This document shows, piece by piece, positions 34,693-41,612 of a stretch of 64,000 nt of DNA. Origin of the DNA: Candidatus Pacearchaeota archaeon (GTDB lineage: Archaea; Nanobdellota; Nanobdellia; Pacearchaeales; GW2011-AR1); the NCBI GenBank assembly GCA_041649295.1, contig JBAZNI010000001.1, forward strand, positions 288,115 through 352,114, in the 5' to 3' direction. How positions within the stretch are numbered: the stretch's first letter is position 1; each line of letters starts with the position of its first letter. A program made the position numbers and the translations under genes. The notes under the pieces were generated by a model. The model was not told the origin of the DNA, ran no database searches, and saw only the letters and a list, made by a program, of their open reading frames with translations.

Positions 34693-35790
34693 TTAAAAAA
34701 TACTTTCTTGCGGTTTTCCGTCATCAACTTGCTCTTCATGCTCCCAAGGAAAGCAATCATCTTCATCCAACATTTTTTCTTTTTCTTTTTTTTGAGTTAT
34801 TCTTGAAGTATTGTCTGGAAGATAATTTCTATCCCCTACAGGAAGGTCTGATTTAGAAAAGAGAGGAAGCAATTCATCTTGCACTTCTAATCCTTCAATC
34901 AATTTTTCTTCAAGCAGTTCTCTATGTTTTTCAACCCAATCGCAATAGTTTCTATGAGAAATAAACCATAATGGAAAAGAATGAACTCGCTGGTTATTTA
35001 CCACCAATCCTCGAACCTTTCGTCTTTCAAAGTTGTAATCATCTGGGCAAAGACCAATACTTTCAACAGTTGCTTTTGGGTCTACCATTAAATCATTTAA
35101 AAATGTCCCTGAAATACTTCTTACATGTCTTCTTGCATAGCCCCCAGAATTAGGATCTCTCCTTATTTCTGAATAACAGTATTCATTAAGCAAATACTTA
35201 TTTGTTGCAGTTGGATTAATGTAAAATTGCAACATAATTGAAAAAGGAGCATGAATCGCATATAGTACTCCTTTTCTTGCTTCATGTAAAAATTGATTTT
35301 GAGTAATCCCCCTATTTTTCATTTTTGTAACTTTATGCCTAAAAAGAACAAAGTAAATTTTAGGAAATGGCCGCTTGTTATCATAAATCTGCCACTGCCT
35401 CATTTTTTCCATTTGCTCCCTTATTAATTTTAATTGATCTCTTTGTACACATGATTTTGTTTCATAGTAAATTCTCTTTCTATGGTCTGAGACATCTGGT
35501 TGAAGTGAACTTCTGCCCCCCTTTAACTTAAACATTCTACCCTGATGAAGATATCCTCCAAAGATAGCTGCAGTAAGATATTCGAAAAATGAACCGCTAT
35601 AACTAGAAATATCTGGTTTTGGCTCTTTTAATGGAAATAAAAATTCTAATTGAGAATCCCCCTCAAATGGGATATTAATGCACTTCTTTGCAATAGGCTG
35701 ATATATGGTGCCATTAAATTCATTTCTTAACCATTTGCTAAATTCATCATACCCCCTCCAACTTAAATTAAGATTCAACCTGCTTTTCAT
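34693..35790 (-). CDS. Hypothetical protein with possible PD-(D/E)XK core
   Basis: LQPDVSD..KRIYYETKS resembles PD..ExK; nothing else was recognised. Confidence 0.35.
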   Translation of the reverse strand: MKSRLNLNLSWRGYDEFSKWLRNEFNGTIYQPIAKKCINIPFEGDSQLEFLFPLKEPKPDISSYSGSFFEYLTAAIFGGYLHQGRMFKLKGGRSSLQPDVSDHRKRIYYETKSCVQRDQLKLIREQMEKMRQWQIYDNKRPFPKIYFVLFRHKVTKMKNRGITQNQFLHEARKGVLYAIHAPFSIMLQFYINPTATNKYLLNEYCYSEIRRDPNSGGYARRHVRSISGTFLNDLMVDPKATVESIGLCPDDYNFERRKVRGLVVNNQRVHSFPLWFISHRNYCDWVEKHRELLEEKLIEGLEVQDELLPLFSKSDLPVGDRNYLPDNTSRITQKKEKEKMLDEDDCFPWEHEEQVDDGKPQESIF

Positions 35791-35883
35791 AAGCTAAGAT
35801 AAATTAAATGCTTTATAAAAATTATATAGATAAGAAGTATATTTTAGAAGACTTTAAAAACAGAATAATCTTCGAATTTCCAT

Positions 35884-35959
35884 AGCAGAGTGGAGGAGCC
35901 TGGAGTCCTCGCAGGGCCCATAACCCTGAGATCGCGCGGTTCAAATCCCGCCTCTGCTA
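35884..35959 (+). tRNA. tRNA-Met (CAU), initiator-like, with irregular T stem
   Basis: Has an A1:U72 pair, GGG/CCC closing the anticodon stem, and loop CCCAUAA. The T stem pairs (GCG[C]GG / CCCGC) only if one C is bulged. Confidence 0.6.
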
Positions 35960-36142
35960 TTTACTTAATCTGCGGGATTTTCAAATAGTTAATTTCGCAA
36001 GAAAATAACTTGCCAAAATTGCCTGCAATTTTTAGCACCCGCCTCTGCTATTTACTTAATCTGCGGGATTTTCAAATAGTTAATTTCGCAAGAAAATAAC
36101 TTGCCAAAATTGCCTGCAATTTTTAGCACCCGCCTCTGCTAT
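35947..36142. repeat. 91-bp tandem repeat (2 full units plus 14 nt), each unit starting with the tRNA-Met 3' end CCCGCCTCTGCTAT
   Basis: Units start at 35947, 36038 and 36129 and are identical by eye. Confidence 0.9.
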
Positions 36143-36166
36143 TTTTTATTTTTAGGGTTAAGAAAA

Positions 36167-36313
36167 TTAAATTTTTATTCCAGAATCTTTGACGTCTTTT
36201 GAAGCTTGGTCAAATTCTCCATTTTGAAGACAATCAAAGCAAGTATGGATAGAACCATCTTTATCTTTAACAATTCCAGAGCCTTTACATTTTGGACAAT
36301 TTTTGTTAGCCAT
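36167..36313 (-). CDS. 48-aa zinc-ribbon protein (CPKCKGSG ... CFDC)
   Basis: Not in the ORF track because it is under 60 aa. Hand translation gives MANKNCPKCKGSGIVKDKDGSIHTCFDCLQNGEFDQASKDVKDSGIKI. Confidence 0.45.
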   Translation of the reverse strand: MANKNCPKCKGSGIVKDKDGSIHTCFDCLQNGEFDQASKDVKDSGIKI

Positions 36314-36385
36314 TTTATCAAACTTATTAAGAATATAAGATTATTTGGTATTTATAGATTTATGGGGGGTATTAACTAAAGAAGG

Positions 36386-36874
36386 TTATACGCCCAGAAT
36401 TATATTTGTAAGTTGAGAAGGATTATACTCCCCTCTCACCCCTATTGGAAAGGAATCATAAGATTCTGCAACTTTTGAATCTAAAAATGAATTAAGAATT
36501 TGAGCATGTGTTTGGCATGGTAATTTTCTAACTAATTTGCCTCTTGAATCAGAATGGTATATCCATCTAACAGGGGGCTCTAGTTTTTTTCCACTTTCAA
36601 AATAAGTTGACTTTAGATGGTATATTCCAGGAGGAATTGGATTTTTAACTGTATCTTCATCATCAGATAATCTCTTTGCAACTTCTGTATCAATTAAGAA
36701 AGGCACTTCAGACAGAATTTTTCTTCTATGAGGATCATCCATAAAATACCATGCTTTTTCTTTAACATTAAAAACTAAATTTTGTGGCAACCCGCAAATA
36801 TGGAGTTCATGCATATTAGGATTATTTTCTTCAATTTGTTTTTTTAACCATTTTTTAGATTTTCTTATTGAAAC
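36386..36874 (-). CDS. Hypothetical protein
   Basis: The ORF runs to 36910. The internal ATG (MVSIRKSKK) is preferred. No family recognised. Confidence 0.45.
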   Translation of the reverse strand, partial: VSIRKSKKWLKKQIEENNPNMHELHICGLPQNLVFNVKEKAWYFMDDPHRRKILSEVPFLIDTEVAKRLSDDEDTVKNPIPPGIYHLKSTYFESGKKLEPPVRWIYHSDSRGKLVRKLPCQTHAQILNSFLDSKVAESYDSFPIGVRGEYNPSQLTNIILGV

Positions 36875-37044
36875 CATACTTAAAATATACAATAAACTGT
36901 ATAAAAACAAATGTATAATAAATAATATAAAAGGTTTAACTTAGAGGGAGTAGTGATTTTATTGTTTAACAGATGCCTGACGGCGACACTGAAACCCAAT
37001 AAAAAGTTATACAATCAGAAGAATTACAATTAACATAGAGAAAA

Positions 37045-37503
37045 TTAACTTGTTCGCCAACCCTTATCATCTCTTTGCCAAATAAAAGGATTTTTATTTT
37101 CACCTTTAAATTCAAAAACTTTTATTAAAACCGAACCTGGAATAAATCCATCATTGCAACAATCTGGAAGTGCAAGTTGAACTGTTTCACAAGCTCCAAA
37201 GTCTTCGCTATTTTCTATAAATGGATGTTCCATATATTCCCTAACATACCATAAACTTGAGTTAAGGACCTCTCTTTTAACCAAATTAGCTACAACATTA
37301 GGGAAGATATCTGAACCAGCCAAGGCATAATATTCTGCATTAATATCATCTGATGCAGTATAGGCATATCTTCTAGCAGAATCAATTTTTCTTAAAGTTA
37401 AATATTTGAGCTCTTTGTCCAACCTTGCAAGTGAGGGGACATTTTCTTTTAATAACAAGTCAGTTGCCTCTAAAACCTTCTTTACTAATAGTTCGTTTTT
37501 CAT
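37045..37503 (-). CDS. Hypothetical protein
   Basis: 152-aa ORF; no family recognised. Confidence 0.45.
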   Translation of the reverse strand: MKNELLVKKVLEATDLLLKENVPSLARLDKELKYLTLRKIDSARRYAYTASDDINAEYYALAGSDIFPNVVANLVKREVLNSSLWYVREYMEHPFIENSEDFGACETVQLALPDCCNDGFIPGSVLIKVFEFKGENKNPFIWQRDDKGWRTS

Positions 37504-37574
37504 AGTCGGGTAATAGTATTTGTATTTTTAAACTTTCCTATTAATATGTAACTTAGAAGTAATTACAAAAATAT

Positions 37575-37714
37575 CGCCGACACTGGGAATCGAACCCAGG
37601 AACCCCGAAGGGCCGAGATGTTTGTGTTATATCCTCTTAAAGGAAATGTCGTAAGAAGAACCATAGGTTCTTTTTACTTAGCAATCTCGTGCTCTACCAC
37701 TGAGCGATGTCGGC
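37575..37714 (-). tRNA. tRNA-Ser (GCU) with 59-nt intron at 37/38
   Basis: Acceptor GCCGACA/TGTCGGC, D arm GCTC-AGTGGTA-GAGC, anticodon stem CGAGA/TCTCG with loop UUGCUA|A. It has a long variable arm (CCC-TTCG-GGG) and T arm CTGGG-TTCGATT-CCCAG. Confidence 0.85.
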
Positions 37715-37728
37715 TTGTTGGTTATGTT

Positions 37729-37809
37729 CGACATCGCGAAGGAACTGCCTTCAAAATGCAAATTTTGAATGGGACAGAAATTTCCTGAATTTCTGTAAGC
37801 GATGTCGGC
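37729..37809. ncRNA. Structured element: 9-bp closing stem around two perfect hairpins, ending in a 12-nt copy of the tRNA-Ser 5' end
   Basis: CGACATCGC (37729-37737) pairs with GCGATGTCG (37799-37807). The hairpins are TTCAAAAT-GCAA-ATTTTGAA (37750-37769) and ACAGAAATT-TCCTG-AATTTCTGT (37774-37796). The strand is undetermined. Confidence 0.4.
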
Positions 37810-37940
37810 ATATAAAAATAACAGAAATTAACAGAATTTAAAGGTTTGTGTTTTTGTTTTTGTAAGTGGGTTAAAAACACTATAATATTTTTTTTACCTA
37901 TGGCTAATTTTATATACAAATTTTAAGGCTATTTTAATTA

Positions 37941-38043
37941 TGGCCCTGAAGAGAATCGAACTCCTGACTACTCGGCTTTTAGTATTTATGATTTTATTCG
38001 CTATACTTGTAAACGAGTCGTTTTGCCACTAGACTACAGGGCC
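37941..38043 (-). tRNA. tRNA-Val (UAC) with 32-nt intron at 37/38
   Basis: Acceptor GGCCCTG/CAGGGCC, D loop AGT-GGCA, anticodon stem ACTCG/CGAGT with loop UUUACA|C. The intron forms hBHBh' (GTAT/ATAC, bulge CA|A, TTTA/TAAA, bulge AG|C). There is one C12-A23 mismatch. Confidence 0.8.
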
Positions 38044-38130
38044 GTATAAAAAGCAGTTAACCCTATCTTAAAAATGTTTTGCTATAACAACCTTTTTAAA
38101 ATCTATGGTTTTTAAAATACAGACTAAAAT

Positions 38131-38268
38131 GCGCTGCTAGTTTATCGGTAGAATACATCCTTGCCAATGTGGAAGAACCAAGGTTTTCCTAACACTACCT
38201 CTCCTTATGAAGGAAAAATGAGAGAAAGCAAAAAGGATGTGAGCCGGGTTCAATTCCCGGGTGGCGCA
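38131..38268 (+). tRNA. tRNA-Gly (GCC) with about 66-nt intron at 37/38
   Basis: Acceptor GCGCTGC/GTGGCGC (two G-U pairs), anticodon stem CATCC/GGATG with loop UUGCCA|A, and T arm CCGGG-TTCAATT-CCCGG. Confidence 0.8.
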
Positions 38269-38296
38269 TATAATCATTAGATTAAGTGAAATCTTA

Positions 38297-38349
38297 GCGA
38301 CGCACGGCACTAAGAATTTTTCCTGAATTCTTTCAGCCGGGTGGCGCAT
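38297..38349. other. Long imperfect hairpin ending in a 13-nt copy of the tRNA-Gly 3' end
   Basis: GCGACGCACGGC (38297-38308) pairs with GCCGGGTGGCGC (38336-47) at 10 of 12 positions. The inner hairpin is AAGAATT-TTTCCTG-AATTCTT (38312-32). CCGGGTGGCGCAT at 38337-49 is identical to 38257-69. Confidence 0.6.
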
Positions 38350-38379
38350 TTATTTTATCAAAATTAATCTGTCTAATAG

Positions 38380-38766
38380 ATGATTTTTAAGTTGCTGAAT
38401 GGAATAAGCAATACTGAAAACAACTTAAGGGAAGCAATTGCAGGAGAACATCACGAGTGCGCAAGAATGTACCCTGAAATGGAAAAAGAAGCTGAAGCAG
38501 AAGGAAATAAATATGCTGCAAAATTATTCAAAGAAATTTCTGAAGTAGAAGAACAGCATAGAAATAGATATAAAAAACTTCTTGAGATGCTAAAAAATGG
38601 AACACTTTACAAAAGAGATAAACCAATAAGATGGAAATGTTCAAAATGCGGTTATATACATGTTGGAACTGAACCTCCATTAATATGCCCTTGCTGTAAG
38701 CATGAAAGAAAATACTATGAACCGGAATGCATGTGCTTTGAAGAAGGATATGAATGCTGTAATTAA
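38380..38766 (+). pseudogene. Rubrerythrin, C-terminal half only (second ferritin-like helix pair plus rubredoxin domain)
   Basis: KLLNG..NLREAIAGEHHE..EAEGNKYAAKLFKEISEVEEQH plus CSKCGY..CPCC. The first E..ExxH half is absent and in-frame stops lie directly upstream. It may still be expressed as a short form. Confidence 0.55.
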
Positions 38767-38768
38767 AA

Positions 38769-38897
38769 ATGACAAAAAAACAAATTTATAAATGTAAAAT
38801 TTGTGGAAACATAGTCGAAGTTCTGCACGAAGGCATAGGAGCATTAGTGTGCTGCGGGCAACCAATAAAACTCCAAGTTGAAAAAAACAAAAGATGA
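38769..38897 (+). CDS. Desulforedoxin-like domain protein (42 aa)
   Basis: Hand translation gives [42 protein letters not shown], which matches the Dx / N-terminal desulfoferrodoxin pattern. No SOR domain follows. Confidence 0.6.
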   Translation: MTKKQIYKCKICGNIVEVLHEGIGALVCCGQPIKLQVEKNKR

Positions 38898-38972
38898 GGG
38901 GAAAAGAAAAATAAATTCTTTACTTTGAGTTTACCAAAAACTTTAAATACTTGTTATATCATAAGATATAAC

Positions 38973-39266
38973 ATGGAATCGTTGTTTATATTAAGAAAAA
39001 AAGAAAATATTTTGCGTTATCCGAGATTAGATACTATCCTAATGGTTGAAGAATTTATTAAAGAACATGATGGGGAATTTAAAAAACGAGCACTATGGGA
39101 ATCGCTCCCTAAAAAAACAATGTATCAAACTTTCTCTCTAATCATTGACTATCTGCTTGTTTCTGGAAAAATATCTGTAGATTCGGAAGGTAAAATCGGA
39201 TGGATTTTTTATCCAAAAGAATCTGAGAATAGGCTAAAAAAAGCCCATTTATTTTGGAAACCTTAA
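38973..39266 (+). CDS. Putative antitoxin/partner of the RelE-like ORF
   Basis: Overlaps the downstream RelE-like ORF by 13 nt. The ATG at 38973 (MESLFIL) is preferred. Confidence 0.4.
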   Translation: MESLFILRKKENILRYPRLDTILMVEEFIKEHDGEFKKRALWESLPKKTMYQTFSLIIDYLLVSGKISVDSEGKIGWIFYPKESENRLKKAHLFWKP

Positions 39267-39559
39267 AAATGAAATCAGAAATTCAATTTATTAATGAAAA
39301 ATTATTAAACTCATTTGAAAAACTTTCTAATAGCAATTATGAAGACAAAGAACTTGTAAAATTTATAAAGCGTGCATTTGAAGACATTAAAGAAAATCCT
39401 TTTTGTGGCATACAGACTCCTAAAAAACAAATTCTTAAAATATACCTTCAAAAACATCAGATAAAAAACTTATGGAAATATAATCTGCCAAATGCATGGA
39501 AACTACTCTACTCTATAAAAAGTGGAAAAATTTTTATCACCCAAATTACTATTAAATAA
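39254..39559 (+). CDS. RelE/ParE-like toxin paralog (C-terminus shorter than the copy at 1-231)
   Basis: NPFCGIQTPKKQILKIYLQKHQIKNLWKYNLPNAWKLLYS aligns with the window-start fragment. It lacks the ..DHKHYERRF end. Confidence 0.5.
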   Translation: METLKMKSEIQFINEKLLNSFEKLSNSNYEDKELVKFIKRAFEDIKENPFCGIQTPKKQILKIYLQKHQIKNLWKYNLPNAWKLLYSIKSGKIFITQITIK

Positions 39560-39583
39560 ATCAAAAAGAGACTTAAATATTAA

Positions 39584-40252
39584 ATGAAACTCGCAATACT
39601 TTTTAGCGGTGGAAAAGATTCAACCTATGCAGGTTATCTTGCAAAGAAACAGGGAAACAAATTAGTGTGTTTAATATCAGTTTATTCAAAAAATAAAGAT
39701 AGCTTTATGTTTCACACTCCGAGTATTGAAAAAACTAAAAAACAATCAATTGTTATGAATATTCCTTTAATCATAAAAAAAACAAAAGGAAAAAAAGAAG
39801 AAGAATTAAAAGATTTGGAAAAAGCAATTAAAAATGCAATAAAAAAATACCGTATTGATGGGATTATAACCGGAGCTGTTGAATCTGTTTATCAGGCATC
39901 ACGAATACAAAAAATCTGCGACAAACTAAAAATAAAATGTTTTAACCCTTTATGGAAGAAAAACCAGATTGGATTATTAAATGAGATAGTTAAAAATAAA
40001 TTTAATGCAATTATCGTCGGTGTTGCAGCATATCCGCTAGGAAAAGAATGGCTAGGAAGAAAAATTGATAAGGAATTTATAACCGAAGTTAAATGGCTGC
40101 AGGAAAAATATAAAATTAATCCTGCAGGAGAAGGAGGGGAATTTGAAACTTTTGTTCTTAACTGCCCTTTATTCAAAAAGCCACTAAAATTAATTAATAA
40201 GAAAATTTCTGGAAGCGGAAATGCATGGAGATTGGATATTGAGGTAGAATAG
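39584..40252 (+). CDS. Diphthine-ammonia ligase (PP-loop ATPase, MJ0570/Dph6-like)
   Basis: AILFSGGKDS PP-loop and a ..GEGGEFETFV motif. Confidence 0.75.
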   Translation: MKLAILFSGGKDSTYAGYLAKKQGNKLVCLISVYSKNKDSFMFHTPSIEKTKKQSIVMNIPLIIKKTKGKKEEELKDLEKAIKNAIKKYRIDGIITGAVESVYQASRIQKICDKLKIKCFNPLWKKNQIGLLNEIVKNKFNAIIVGVAAYPLGKEWLGRKIDKEFITEVKWLQEKYKINPAGEGGEFETFVLNCPLFKKPLKLINKKISGSGNAWRLDIEVE

Positions 40253-40349
40253 AGTCAGAAAAAAGTTTAGATAACATGGGATTTGTCGTTGGTGGTTTAA
40301 TTGTATCAAAATTATCTAATTTTTATATATTAACTAATAAACATAAATT

Positions 40350-40459
40350 AATATTCCCTATTTCTCCCTAACTTTACGCTCTGACTACTGATCCTCTCGC
40401 TTAACTAACAACTAACTTAACTACTAAAATATCGATAAAAGATTGTCTCTAACATTAAC
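40350..40459. repeat. Mosaic repeat copy (X-like AATATTCCCTATTTCTCCCTAACTTTACGC..., right TIR ATTGTCTCTAACATTAAC)
   Basis: 40442-40459 is the exact reverse complement of 4678-4695. Confidence 0.65.
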
Positions 40460-40482
40460 AAAATTAAAATTTAATATTAAAC

Positions 40483-41415
40483 TTATCCATAAGTTGAGAC
40501 TTCTGCATTCTTGATATAATCATGTGCAGAATATGCTGCAATTGCCCCGTCTCCTGTTGCAATTATTGCTTGTTTTATAGGAATTTCTCTTATATCTCCA
40601 ATTGCAAAAAAACCTGCAATATTTGTTCTCATTAAACTGTCTGTTATTACTTCTGATTTATCATTTAATTTAACCCCTAAAATTTTTGCTAATTGTGTAA
40701 TTGGTTCTCTTCCTATATCAACAAAAACCCCGCTTACCTCAATAAAATCTTTTCCTTTGTAAGGTTTGTCTAATTTAACTGAAGAAACTTTTCTATCTCC
40801 AATAATCTCTTTGATTTGTGTATTTTCTATTAACTCGATATTTTTTTTCTTTTTTACTTTTGCAAGGTTTATTGGTTCAGGATGAAATGTTTTTCTTGAA
40901 ATTATATACACTTTTTCAACAATATCAGATAACATTAAAGCATCTTTTGCAGCGGAATTTCCTGCACCAACAAAAACAACCTTCTTGCCTTTGTAAAGTT
41001 GTGCATCACAAATTGCACAATAATTCACCCCTTTTCCAGAAAATTCATCTTCTCCTTTTACACCAAGTTTTTTCCACTTTGTTCCTGTTGCTAAAATAAC
41101 TGCTTTAGCTTCATATTCTTTTCCCCCTGCAGTTAATATAAACGATTTCCCTCTTTTTTCAATTTTATCAACTAAATAGCTAACAACTTTTGGGGAATAT
41201 GAAAGAGCATGCTCTTCTATTCTTTTTGCAAGTTCAAAGCCGTTTATTTCTTTAAATCCAGGATAATTTTCAATAATGTCTGTTTTCATTATAGTCCCGC
41301 CTAAATAAATATCAAAAATTATAACATCTAATTCGTATCTTCTGCAATATATCGCAGCTGCCAAACCACCTGGCCCCCCTCCTATAATTGCAACCTCTGT
41401 TTTTTCCATTTTCAA
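40483..41415 (-). CDS. trxB: Thioredoxin reductase
   Basis: VAIIGGGPGGLAAAIY, redox CAICDA, and a second GAGNSA dinucleotide motif. Confidence 0.85.
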   Translation of the reverse strand: MKMEKTEVAIIGGGPGGLAAAIYCRRYELDVIIFDIYLGGTIMKTDIIENYPGFKEINGFELAKRIEEHALSYSPKVVSYLVDKIEKRGKSFILTAGGKEYEAKAVILATGTKWKKLGVKGEDEFSGKGVNYCAICDAQLYKGKKVVFVGAGNSAAKDALMLSDIVEKVYIISRKTFHPEPINLAKVKKKKNIELIENTQIKEIIGDRKVSSVKLDKPYKGKDFIEVSGVFVDIGREPITQLAKILGVKLNDKSEVITDSLMRTNIAGFFAIGDIREIPIKQAIIATGDGAIAAYSAHDYIKNAEVSTYG

Positions 41416-41612
41416 CTAAACCAAATAATATATATAAAGTTAATGTTAAGAATAATTCTAATGTAAAAGAAAATCAGTTATAGGTATTGTTAACCTTATC
41501 TTACTCAATAGGTAAAAATATGGGTAATACTACACCTTTAGTGCCTTTTACAAACATTTCTTGAATTGCATAGTTAGTAATTATGCTCTTTTTAAACTTT
41601 TGTATATCTAAA

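Noticed and set aside
35947-36142. The 91-bp repeats after tRNA-Met considered as a possible CRISPR array
   Set aside because: The whole 91-bp unit is repeated head to tail with no unique spacers. There are only 2.15 copies. Each unit begins with the tRNA 3' end. No cas genes are nearby.
37722-37919. 65-aa minus-strand ORF from the ORF track
   Set aside because: It lies across the structured element and duplicated tRNA-Ser 5' end. It has no RBS or family resemblance and is most likely non-coding.
38137-38349. 70-aa minus-strand ORF from the ORF track
   Set aside because: It is antisense to tRNA-Gly, its intron and the downstream hairpin module.
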